This document shows positions 17,585 through 26,395 of a stretch of DNA of 39,247 nucleotides, piece after piece (the stretch's first letter is position 1; every line of letters starts with the position of its first letter). A model generated the notes under the pieces. It was not told the DNA's origin and ran no database searches. It was given only the letters and a program-made list of their open reading frames with translations. The stretch comes from Nanobdellota archaeon (lineage in GTDB: Archaea; Nanobdellota; Nanobdellia; Pacearchaeales; GW2011-AR1): contig JAUSKH010000002.1 in assembly GCA_030647095.1 (NCBI GenBank), positions 1 to 39,247 on the forward strand, written 5' to 3'. Both the position numbers and the translations under genes were made by a program.

Positions 17585-19093
17585 ATGGGACGAGAAGAAC
17601 AAATCATAAATGAACGCTTAAGAAAATTAAAAGAGTTAAGAGCACAAGGTATAAACCCATATATCTCAAAATATAACACAGACAGTACAGCAGCAGAACT
17701 ACAGGAAAAACACGAAAAGCTTAAACCAGAAGCAACTACAAAAGAAAAAGTAAATGTTGCAGGAAGACTGCTTAGCTTTCGCGATATGGGGAAAATCCAG
17801 TTTGGCACACTGTACGATGGAACAGGCAAAATCCAAATAGTATTGCAGGAAGAAGGAACATCAAAAACTATCTCAGAATTTACAAAGAAATACCTCGATG
17901 TCGGAGATTTTATAGGAATCAATGGAACAGTATTTAGAACAAAGCGAGGCGAACTCTCTATACTTGTAAAAGATATTAAACTGCTCACAAAATCTATCCT
18001 TCCACTGCCAGAAAAGTGGCACGGCCTTCAAGACAATGAAGACAGGCTTAGAAAACGTTATTTAGATATCCTAATGAATCCAGAAGTTAAAGAAATGTTT
18101 ATTAGAAAAAGTCTTTTCTGGAATACAATAAGAACTTTTCTGATAGAAAAAGGTTTTCTAGAGGTTGAAACACCAGCATTAGAAAATTCAGCAGGAGGCG
18201 CAACAGCTACACCTTTCGCAACACACCATAATGCTCTCAACATAGATATCTATCTTAGAATATCCATGGGAGAATTATGGCAAAAGAAATTAATGGTTGC
18301 TGGCTTTTCAAAAACATTTGAAATAGGAAGGCAATTTAGAAACGAAGGGATAGATGCAGAACATTTACAAGACTACACTCAAATGGAATTCTACTGGGCA
18401 TATGCTAATTATGAAGACGGCATGAAATTAGTAGAAGAAATGTATAAGGAAGTGGCAAAAAAAGTTTATGGAAAAACAATATTCAAAATAAACAATCAAG
18501 ATATTGATTTAGGAAAAAAATGGGGAAAAGTCAATTACGCGGAAACAGTAAAAAAAGAAACAGGAATTGATATTTTTTCAGCAAGCGAAAAACAAATGGA
18601 GAAAGTCCTAGAAAAATTAAAACAAGAGTTTATCCCAGGTTCACCAAAGCCAAGAATTATAGATGCTCTCTGGAAATACTGTAGGAAGAAAATCCAAGGA
18701 CCTGCTTTTCTTACAGGTCAGCCTGTTGAAGTATCTCCATTAGCAAAACGTTCTGAAAAAGATCAAAGAACAGTAGAGCAGTTCCAGGTAATAATAGCAG
18801 GAACTGAAATAGGTAATGGTTACAGCGAATTGAACGATCCTATAGACCAAGAATCAAGATTTGAAGAACAGCATTCAATGAAAGAATCAGGTGATGCAGA
18901 AGCACAAAGTCATGACTTTGAATTTGTGGAAGCTCTCAAATATGGTATGCCTCCTACTTGTGGCTTCGGTGTTTCAGAACGTTTATTTGCATTCCTCGAA
19001 GGTAAACCTATAAGGGAAACAGTAATCTTCCCATTAATGAAACCTATTTCTCAAATAAAAGAAAAAGGATGTGCAAAGAATGGCAAACGTTGA
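17585..19093 (+). CDS. lysS: Lysine--tRNA ligase, class II
   Basis: OB fold with TKRGELS, PLPEKWHGL, GGATATPF, FRNEGID, GNGYSELNDP, YGMPPTCGFG. Confidence 0.97.
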   Translation: MGREEQIINERLRKLKELRAQGINPYISKYNTDSTAAELQEKHEKLKPEATTKEKVNVAGRLLSFRDMGKIQFGTLYDGTGKIQIVLQEEGTSKTISEFTKKYLDVGDFIGINGTVFRTKRGELSILVKDIKLLTKSILPLPEKWHGLQDNEDRLRKRYLDILMNPEVKEMFIRKSLFWNTIRTFLIEKGFLEVETPALENSAGGATATPFATHHNALNIDIYLRISMGELWQKKLMVAGFSKTFEIGRQFRNEGIDAEHLQDYTQMEFYWAYANYEDGMKLVEEMYKEVAKKVYGKTIFKINNQDIDLGKKWGKVNYAETVKKETGIDIFSASEKQMEKVLEKLKQEFIPGSPKPRIIDALWKYCRKKIQGPAFLTGQPVEVSPLAKRSEKDQRTVEQFQVIIAGTEIGNGYSELNDPIDQESRFEEQHSMKESGDAEAQSHDFEFVEALKYGMPPTCGFGVSERLFAFLEGKPIRETVIFPLMKPISQIKEKGCAKNGKR

Positions 19094-19253
19094 TTTGATT
19101 GTAAAAAGTAAAATTAAAGAAGCAGTACCCGAACTTAACGTCGCAAGCGACGTGCCAGAAGCACTAAACAAGAAAGCATTAGAACTCTTGAAGGAAGCTG
19201 CTGAAAGAGCTAAAGCAAACGGCAGAAGAACACTACAAGGAAGAGATCTTTAG
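19080..19253 (+). CDS. Short histone-fold protein
   Basis: LIVKSKIKE...LNVASD..EAL...AAERAKANGRRTLQGRDL (RxT/D L2 motif). Confidence 0.85.
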   Translation: MANVDLIVKSKIKEAVPELNVASDVPEALNKKALELLKEAAERAKANGRRTLQGRDL

Positions 19254-19299
19254 ATTTTTGTAAGAGAATTAATTATTTAAAACAAAACATTTATATAAT

Positions 19300-19321
19300 A
19301 GTTATACATATAAGTTATACA
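19300..19321 (+). promoter_or_regulatory. Candidate operator of the first TA pair
   Basis: Direct repeat AGTTATACA at 19300-19308 and 19313-19321, between the TATA box and the ATG. Confidence 0.5.
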
Positions 19322-19549
19322 ATGTCAATAGAAGTTAAAACGAAAAGATGGGGAAATTCAATAGGTGTAATTATACCTAATGAAGCTATAGAAAGATTAA
19401 ATATAAAGCCAGAAGAAGACATAATAATAGAAATTGAAAAAAAGAATAATGTGCTAAAAGAGATGTTTGGAAAAGCAAAATTTAAGAAATCCGCTAAAAA
19501 AATGATAGAAGATTTTAGAAAGGAAAATAATAGCAAATGGATGAAATAA
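19322..19549 (+). CDS. vapB: AbrB/MazE-type antitoxin (VapB)
   Basis: KRWGNSIGVIIP; overlaps the downstream PIN gene. Confidence 0.9.
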   Translation: MSIEVKTKRWGNSIGVIIPNEAIERLNIKPEEDIIIEIEKKNNVLKEMFGKAKFKKSAKKMIEDFRKENNSKWMK

Positions 19550-19911
19550 AGAGGTGTCTTGATACTTACGCCTTGGTAGAAATATACTTAGGCAATGAAA
19601 AATTTGCTGAGTATCTAAATGTAGACTTTATTATCAACGACCTAACTCTAGCAGAATTTTATGGTGTACTTTTAAGAGAGTATGGAGAAAATGAAGCAAA
19701 CTTATGGTTAAAAAAATTAGAAAGGTATGCTCTACAAGTTAATAGAAAAGTACTAATTGAAGCTGTTAAGTTTCGGTACGAGCACAAAAAGCAGAACATT
19801 TCATTCTTTGATGCAGTAGGGTATATGTTTTCGGTTAAGAATGGCTATTACTTTGTAACAGGTGATAAAGAATTTGAAAATCTACCGAATGTTGAATTTA
19901 AGAAGAAGTAG
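19537..19911 (+). CDS. vapC: PIN-domain toxin (VapC)
   Basis: LDTYALVE, TLAE, ISFFDA, VTGDKEF. Confidence 0.9.
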   Translation: MDEIKRCLDTYALVEIYLGNEKFAEYLNVDFIINDLTLAEFYGVLLREYGENEANLWLKKLERYALQVNRKVLIEAVKFRYEHKKQNISFFDAVGYMFSVKNGYYFVTGDKEFENLPNVEFKKK

Positions 19912-19976
19912 GTTTAGATATATTCAGTTTATCTAATTAAACAAAACATTTAAATATAACTTAATATTATATAAAA

Positions 19977-19996
19977 TATAACAAAGGTATAACAAA
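19977..19996 (+). promoter_or_regulatory. Candidate operator of the second TA pair
   Basis: Direct repeat TATAACAAA at 19977-19985 and 19988-19996 just before the ATG. Confidence 0.5.
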
Positions 19997-19997
19997 A

Positions 19998-20198
19998 ATG
20001 GAAGCAGTTGTAAAAACAAGATCAATAGGAGGTTCTTTGGTAGTAACTTTACCTTCAGAAATAGTTAAACTAGAGGATCTAAAAGAAGGAGAGTATGTTG
20101 AAATTAAAGTAAAAAAGAGAAAGAGAGATTATTTTGGAGCATTAAAAGGTATGGGCTCTTTCAAGGAAGAAGACAAAGCCAGAGGGCAATTAGATTAA
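19998..20198 (+). CDS. vapB: AbrB/MazE-type antitoxin (VapB)
   Basis: TRSIGGSLVVTLP...LKEGEYV; TAATG coupling to the PIN gene. Confidence 0.9.
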   Translation: MEAVVKTRSIGGSLVVTLPSEIVKLEDLKEGEYVEIKVKKRKRDYFGALKGMGSFKEEDKARGQLD

Positions 20199-20578
20199 TG
20201 AAATATATTATAGATGCATTCTCATGGATAGAATACTTAGAAGGAAGCGAAAAGGGTAAAAAAGTTTATGAAATACTAAGTTCAGATGCAGAAAATTATT
20301 CTTTATCAATAACTATAGCAGAAGTTGTAAGCAAAGTAAAAAGGAAAAATGGGAATCAACAACTTGCTTATAATTCCATTATTTCAAATTCAAAAACATT
20401 AGAGATAACTTCCAAAATTGCACAAGAAGCAGGATTACTCCATGCAGAAATAAGAAAAAAGTCACCTAATTTTGGTATAGTTGATGCTTTATTAATAACT
20501 GCCGCAAGAGATATTAAAGCAAAAGTTCTTACTGGAGATCATCATTTTAAGCAATTTAATGAAGCTGTTCTTTTGTAA
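20198..20578 (+). CDS. vapC: PIN-domain toxin (VapC)
   Basis: IIDAFSWIE, TIAEV, GIVDAL, LTGDHHF. Confidence 0.9.
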   Translation: MKYIIDAFSWIEYLEGSEKGKKVYEILSSDAENYSLSITIAEVVSKVKRKNGNQQLAYNSIISNSKTLEITSKIAQEAGLLHAEIRKKSPNFGIVDALLITAARDIKAKVLTGDHHFKQFNEAVLL

Positions 20579-20635
20579 ACTCTCTTTTCTAGGCAAATTT
20601 AAAAACCAGTTAAACATTAGTTAATAAATTCTAAG

Positions 20636-21028
20636 ATGCCAAACAATAAATCAAAAGGGTCAAAAGCAGAAAGAGAACTTGTGAAGCTTTTCACAGAACA
20701 GGGCTGGCGAGCAGTTCGTGTAGCAGGTTCAGGAGTCCTAGATGAATCTCCCTGCGATCTTATAGCAGCAAAAGCAGGAAGAAAAGGTTTTGCTGTAGAA
20801 GCAAAATCAAGCAAGAAATCTACAATTTATATTACTAAAGATCAAATAAATGATTTTATCTTGTTCTCGACAAATATAGGTTTAAAGCCAGTAATTGCAA
20901 CACGCTTTAATAGGGAAGGCTGGCTTTTCGTAAGCCCAAAATATTTGAAAGACACAGGTAAATTCTGGGCAGTAAGCCTAGCAACAGCAAAAGAAAAAGG
21001 AAAAAGATTCAGCCAGTTCTTCGATTAA
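20636..21028 (+). CDS. hjc: Holliday junction resolvase
   Basis: KGSKAERELV, VRVAGSG, DLIA, VEAKS. Confidence 0.93.
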   Translation: MPNNKSKGSKAERELVKLFTEQGWRAVRVAGSGVLDESPCDLIAAKAGRKGFAVEAKSSKKSTIYITKDQINDFILFSTNIGLKPVIATRFNREGWLFVSPKYLKDTGKFWAVSLATAKEKGKRFSQFFD

Positions 21029-21035
21029 TAAGCTA

Positions 21036-21179
21036 TTAACAACATCTGAATTTATCTTCCCACATATCTCTTCTATCCTTACTGCTAAATGGTTTTATTT
21101 TACTTTTTAGACTTCCAAATAAAGACTTGGGCGCATCATCCTTCTTTAAATTTTTTTCTTTAAGCTTCATGGTTTTCAT
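21036..21179 (-). CDS. 47-aa ORF resembling the C-terminal half of an AbrB-type antitoxin
   Basis: Hand translation MKTMKLKEKNLKKDDAPKSLFGSLKSKIKPFSSKDRRDMWEDKFRCC; compare DYFGALKGMGSFKEEDK in 19998-20198. Confidence 0.45.
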   Translation of the reverse strand: MKTMKLKEKNLKKDDAPKSLFGSLKSKIKPFSSKDRRDMWEDKFRCC

Positions 21180-21309
21180 ATAATTTATAATTATCTAAAT
21201 ATTTACTCCAAAATTCATCATCTTTTTTATTGTTCCAGATTTTATTCATTGATTTCTCAGCTAAAATCGACCAACCAATTTCCTCTGTTTTACTTTCATC
21301 TTCTTCCAT
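21160..21309 (-). CDS. 49-aa acidic ORF resembling an antitoxin C-terminal tail
   Basis: Hand translation MEEDESKTEEIGWSILAEKSMNKIWNNKKDDEFWSKYLDNYKLYENHEA; TATATAAAT about 25 nt upstream. Confidence 0.5.
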   Translation of the reverse strand: MEEDESKTEEIGWSILAEKSMNKIWNNKKDDEFWSKYLDNYKLYENHEA

Positions 21310-21359
21310 AAAAATTAGAAGCATTGCTGATTTATATATTCATCCAAATAAAATAAATT

Positions 21360-23579
21360 CTAAAGCTCAGAACCCTTAGCAACAATACTACACGCACTCG
21401 GCGAAGGTCTATTACCCTGAAGATCAGAACACTTCACATAGTAAGTTGAATCATGCTTCCATTCAGCCATATGAACAGACTTAACTATAGGATCTTCATA
21501 AAGCAAAGGCAAACCTTCCTCAAATTTATAACTGCACCCAGTTAACGAATATACGCACTGGGCATCTTCATCAGTAACTACTTTCAAGCTATCTTCCTCT
21601 CTATAAACACGTGTTATTTTAGGATTTGTTTTATCAATAGATATTGTAAATGTTGTGTTAGCCATAGCACTATTTCCTCCAAGATCAACACACTTAAAGA
21701 AGAATTGATAGTTTCCAGCTCCCAAGTCTATTGTATGGTTGTGTAAATAGCTCTCTTCGCCAAACATGACTGTATAACTATCAATATTTGCTTGTGATGA
21801 TTTAAAGTAACACGTTGATGCGCCTTCATTTGCTCCATGTGCTGTTTCCACTTCAAGACTTGTTGTGATAGTAGTTGTACCACCTCTAATAGTTCCGTTA
21901 GGAGCAACACTTACTATGTTTAACTCTTCTGTACCTTTAAGTGTAATGCACTTACTTACAGACATAGTATTTCCATTAAGATCTTCACATCTAAAGCAGA
22001 ATTTATTATCTTCATGATTCTTTATTCCACTTAAGTCACCAGAGCAAACAAAATTAAGATTTGCGTTGAATTGATATACTTCTGTCTGACAGCTCATCGG
22101 ATTTTCCATATCTTTGAACGCTTTATCTGTTCTACTCCATTTACACTGCGCAGGCTCATCTATATAAACATCAATAGGAACTTTATCAGCATTGAATTGC
22201 ACAGGACTTCCGTCTTGTATTGAAGTATCCTGAATTATTGGCTGTGTTGTATCAGGCCCGGGATCAACACAGAACCTAAATGCAAACGCATCAGGATTTT
22301 CATTACCATTTGCATCTCTGCATCTTGTCCATAATGTATAAGTCCCTTTATTAGGTATCTGAGGTGCATTTCCAGTCTGCGTCTCTGAATTTTCAGGAGC
22401 AGGAACTTTAAGCTGTATGCTATGATTATATTCGTATAAGCTAGTATTTCCAAATATAAATTGCATATTATCAAACTTTCCAGTTAAATCATAACTTACT
22501 TTACACTGCGCAGGCTCATTCGTAGTCAAGCCAAATTCTAATTTTGTATAAGCCTGTAAACATGGATTGCTTCCTTTAACAATTTTCACTCCTCTATTGG
22601 GTGGTCTTATCGTAGTATCTGGAATATATTTCAATCCTCTAGGCTTCAATACATCACTCCATGGTTGCATTATCGGAGCACTTACATCTCCTTTATTCTT
22701 ATTCACACACAATACATTATCTGTTCCTGGATTTACAATATCACAACTCTGTCCAAGACTTTTACATCTATATTCAGAACAAGTCTTCATAGGATTTTTA
22801 TTACAATCCTCACATCTATCTCCTCCCAAAGGAGGTTCCCAAGGATAACACTCAAACACAACTAATTCTTTTTTCTCTTTTTTGTATAATGCTAAAAAAA
22901 CTAATGCACCTGCGCCAATACCAACTAGCGGTCCTGCAAGAGTGTACCCCATATTATATCCTATAGAACCAACAAAACCAGTAGTAGCTCCAGCAAAACC
23001 CAAAGCCTTAGAATTATTAGGAGTCATTCCAAGTAAATATTTTCCTATTAAATACGCTCCTCCTCCAACAATACCTGCCCATACAACTCCTGATAATAAC
23101 AAACCAGGCACTCCTCCCCCAAGTCCTCCTCCAGAGAATATTCCTCCAAGCATACTATCAGCTCCAGCAGCTGCAGGCAAAGATCCTCCACCAGGTAACC
23201 CTCCTGTCGCAGCAGTTTGCGTTCCAACTCCTCCCGCAGTACCACCAGCATTAGCCGCACTTTCTGCAGTCGCTAATTCTGGATGTGCAGTAGCAAAAGC
23301 TTGTTGACTGGGAAATACTTCTTTTCCCCACTGATATTGACCATTCCCAATAAACCCAAATTTTTCACCAACTGCAGATGTAGGAATTATAGAAGCCGTT
23401 GGTTGTGATGTTGCAACAGCAGGACCAAATGCATTTGGACCAAGAGGATCAACACCACTAACGACACCAACTTCCTCGCTCCAAACAAAAGCAATAGCAA
23501 AAGACAATGCAATAAGCAAAAACATTTCTGAAAATGCAGTTATTTTTATAAAATTATTATTTCTACTTTTTCTTCTCAT
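21360..23579 (-). CDS. Large exported protein with Gly-rich hydrophobic segments, a Cys-rich module and beta-rich (Ig-like) repeats
   Basis: Signal-like N-terminus, GxxxG helices, FECYPWEPPLGG..C, repeated EPAQCK and CxDxxGN. Homologous to the C-half of 26396-30913. Confidence 0.85.
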   Translation of the reverse strand: MRRKSRNNNFIKITAFSEMFLLIALSFAIAFVWSEEVGVVSGVDPLGPNAFGPAVATSQPTASIIPTSAVGEKFGFIGNGQYQWGKEVFPSQQAFATAHPELATAESAANAGGTAGGVGTQTAATGGLPGGGSLPAAAGADSMLGGIFSGGGLGGGVPGLLLSGVVWAGIVGGGAYLIGKYLLGMTPNNSKALGFAGATTGFVGSIGYNMGYTLAGPLVGIGAGALVFLALYKKEKKELVVFECYPWEPPLGGDRCEDCNKNPMKTCSEYRCKSLGQSCDIVNPGTDNVLCVNKNKGDVSAPIMQPWSDVLKPRGLKYIPDTTIRPPNRGVKIVKGSNPCLQAYTKLEFGLTTNEPAQCKVSYDLTGKFDNMQFIFGNTSLYEYNHSIQLKVPAPENSETQTGNAPQIPNKGTYTLWTRCRDANGNENPDAFAFRFCVDPGPDTTQPIIQDTSIQDGSPVQFNADKVPIDVYIDEPAQCKWSRTDKAFKDMENPMSCQTEVYQFNANLNFVCSGDLSGIKNHEDNKFCFRCEDLNGNTMSVSKCITLKGTEELNIVSVAPNGTIRGGTTTITTSLEVETAHGANEGASTCYFKSSQANIDSYTVMFGEESYLHNHTIDLGAGNYQFFFKCVDLGGNSAMANTTFTISIDKTNPKITRVYREEDSLKVVTDEDAQCVYSLTGCSYKFEEGLPLLYEDPIVKSVHMAEWKHDSTYYVKCSDLQGNRPSPSACSIVAKGSEL

Positions 23580-25588
23580 CCGAATAATCCTCCACTACTT
23601 TTATCAGCTTCAACAGAATTTATTTTTATAGCATATCCTTTCTTAGCACCTACTTGTCCAACGATATTAGTCTTAAATCCACAATCTCCAAGAGAAGAAC
23701 ATAAAGCTGCCCTTTTCAATTCAGTTGATTGTTCTAAACATTCGCAATGGTCAACACATTTCCAGTCTCCCCCAATCAGTCCTTTTTCATAAGTTACAGG
23801 ACAAACAGCATTTGCTTGAGCGCAAATTCCTTTTGCATCCCCCTCTTCCCAGAATTTCAATCCAGGGGCATTCTTTGGAACACAAGCTCCTTGAGGAACT
23901 CCTCCATTTGCTTTTGCTTCTGCAACTATTTTATCTTGTAATCCTGCTAATGACGCACCATCCGTCGGTGTTCCATTAAGTGCACTACCCATAAGCATAT
24001 ACTCTATACCTTGAAGCCATACACAATCTCTTCTATCAGTATTAGTACAATCCTGTGCATTCTTTTGCGTAGTGCAATCCTGCCATCTATTTACTCTGCA
24101 CGCAGCTTGCGAGAAAGCTCCTACAGAAGTTTGAATCGTATTTTGAATGCATTCTTCCTGTCTAAATTCAGCACAAGGTTCAACAATAACCTCTCCATTC
24201 ACACAAACATACCGATAGAATTTACTTCCAACAGGATCAACTCCTCCAGCAGCCATAGCAACCTGACCCAATGCTCCATTAAGCTGTCCTTTTGCTTTAT
24301 CAGATCCAAAAAACGTATTTAAGACGCTAGCAATATTACCAGCTTGTGGTTTGGTAACACTAAAATCACTTTTGCCGTCGAAACCGCACCAACTCTCTCC
24401 ATGCAATCTTTTCTTTCCAGTTGGATCAATACAATTCAAATCAGCACAAATATTATCACCATAAGCAGCTTTAGCTCCATTTGCAGTACTTGAAGACCTA
24501 CAAAAACTACCTAATAAATAATTACAATTTCCACAACTCTTTGATAAAGTATTTGCTGCATTAGGACTACACGCTTGAGGCTTATCAACAATATTTGCCC
24601 AATATTGTTTATTATTTATTTTTGAAGAATCATATATATTTGCAGGATTTCCACAAGTATCAACAAAATAAATTTCCTCTTTGCCAGGCATGCAAATAGT
24701 CTGCTTTGTTGGTCCGCAATTTGTTCCAAGTTCCTCGGCAGAACAAAGTTTTCTAGGATGGAATTCTACTTTAGAATTACTTCCACTGGTAGTATTACTA
24801 TTAATACTTCCATTTATATCACTAATAGCTTTTCCTGTCGTGGTTGTAGCAGGATTTGTAGTACCTGCAACAGTAGTAGTTCCACTTGCAGTCGTAGTAG
24901 TGCTTGTTGTCTGTGTACTTGGAACTCCAGCAGTATTTCCACTTGTAGTGGCAGGAGTCAAATCTAGATTTGTTTTTACATTACTTGTCCCGCCAGTTTG
25001 ACTAGCACTAGTTGAACTTCCTCCAGATAGAACATCATTATTACAGTTAGACCTTGTAGTAAATTTACAAGTCTTCTCAAAATCTTTTTCGTAAACACAC
25101 GCCCCCTTCTCATCTGCCCTCGCTGTTAATATACATTGAACTTCACTTTTCATTGAAGGATCATAATTCGTTTCTAAACTCAACAAACTTGAAAGTCTTT
25201 TACACCTAGTTAACGTTACAAAAGAAGCCTGATCCCCTAGAATACAACAGCCTAACTCGCATTGAGCAGGTTTATTCTTTGACCAAGTACCTTGATTAGA
25301 ATTACAAACCATTTGAGGAGTGTTATCTAAACACGTTCCTTCAATCGAATCAAAACAAAAGCCAGAAGTACAAAAAGCCGTGGATTGACAAGCAGTTGGA
25401 ACAGTTTTTACTCCTACAGCACAATCATCCTTCTGAATATCCTGACAAAATAATCCCGACTTTGTTTTTTCACAACATAGTGTTGGTTGTGAAGTGCCAA
25501 CAGTTTCTGCAGCAGAAACAAAATAAATAAGCATAAAACTAATTGTAAACACTGCAATTCCAAGTAAAATCTTATTTTTTCTATTCAT
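23576..25588 (-). CDS. Secreted Cys-rich protein (670 aa from MNRKNK)
   Basis: Signal peptide ending VSA, many Cys, Thr-rich linker. Homologous to the N-half of 26396-30913 (GCCxLG, DxCGNxxNIY, SCGNCN, GExWC, AACRVNRWQxC). Confidence 0.85.
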   Translation of the reverse strand: MNRKNKILLGIAVFTISFMLIYFVSAAETVGTSQPTLCCEKTKSGLFCQDIQKDDCAVGVKTVPTACQSTAFCTSGFCFDSIEGTCLDNTPQMVCNSNQGTWSKNKPAQCELGCCILGDQASFVTLTRCKRLSSLLSLETNYDPSMKSEVQCILTARADEKGACVYEKDFEKTCKFTTRSNCNNDVLSGGSSTSASQTGGTSNVKTNLDLTPATTSGNTAGVPSTQTTSTTTTASGTTTVAGTTNPATTTTGKAISDINGSINSNTTSGSNSKVEFHPRKLCSAEELGTNCGPTKQTICMPGKEEIYFVDTCGNPANIYDSSKINNKQYWANIVDKPQACSPNAANTLSKSCGNCNYLLGSFCRSSSTANGAKAAYGDNICADLNCIDPTGKKRLHGESWCGFDGKSDFSVTKPQAGNIASVLNTFFGSDKAKGQLNGALGQVAMAAGGVDPVGSKFYRYVCVNGEVIVEPCAEFRQEECIQNTIQTSVGAFSQAACRVNRWQDCTTQKNAQDCTNTDRRDCVWLQGIEYMLMGSALNGTPTDGASLAGLQDKIVAEAKANGGVPQGACVPKNAPGLKFWEEGDAKGICAQANAVCPVTYEKGLIGGDWKCVDHCECLEQSTELKRAALCSSLGDCGFKTNIVGQVGAKKGYAIKINSVEADKSSGGLFG

Positions 25589-25589
25589 T

Positions 25590-26351
25590 TTATGATGTAA
25601 TCCCATAACCAGCAGGCCATGCAAGACTTCTGGATGCGAATACGAATTTTTCTTTTGTGGTAACATCAGTTAAAGTGTAAACTTTTGAACCATCCTCTAA
25701 TTTTATTTTTTCTATCTTTAAATTAGGATAATATTGCATATATAAAGTTACTTCTGAATCACCATATGTAGACTCATAATCAATAATGCTAGTTGATATC
25801 ATAAGCAGATTGTACATTTCACTAGGCATATCAATATTTAATTCGCTAAAAGTTTGTGTAGAATCTTTTGTAATACTCATAGGTGTCTCAATCACTAAAC
25901 GAATATTTCCAGGAACTATTTCGGCATGAGACTTTAACCCCCCTAAAGAAACAGAATATCCTTGGCTTTCATAACTCGTCTTTAATTGTTGCATGCAATC
26001 ATCAGCAGAATCTTTAATCATTTTGCTTAATTCAACTTCAAAATGCCCCTTAATCAAAGGCTGCTGAACAGTACAAGTTTTATAATATTGAGATGTATAA
26101 CATAAATATTTTACTTTTTCTCCTTTATATAAAATAAAACCTTCTGGTTCATTATATCCTCCCTGTTTAGAAAGAATATCTACAGAAGATTGTACGCTTT
26201 GCTCTATACAAGACTTAAGAAAAGTAGATGGAACGGTTTCACCTACAACAACAGTCTTTATATTTGGATAGAAAAAGTAAACTGCTAATATACCAGCAAC
26301 TATCACAATTGCAATAATTACATAAATCGCAACCTGCCCTCTTTTGTCCAT
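25590..26351 (-). CDS. Pilin-like protein with class III signal peptide
   Basis: MDKRG|QVAIYVIIAIVIVAGIL; QGGY, YLCY, QQPL and FASRS shared with 30916-31677. Alternative start at 26399. Confidence 0.8.
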   Translation of the reverse strand: MDKRGQVAIYVIIAIVIVAGILAVYFFYPNIKTVVVGETVPSTFLKSCIEQSVQSSVDILSKQGGYNEPEGFILYKGEKVKYLCYTSQYYKTCTVQQPLIKGHFEVELSKMIKDSADDCMQQLKTSYESQGYSVSLGGLKSHAEIVPGNIRLVIETPMSITKDSTQTFSELNIDMPSEMYNLLMISTSIIDYESTYGDSEVTLYMQYYPNLKIEKIKLEDGSKVYTLTDVTTKEKFVFASRSLAWPAGYGITS

Positions 26352-26395
26352 TATTCCCTCAATACTAAACTGTTTATAATTGTTTCTTTTAACTA

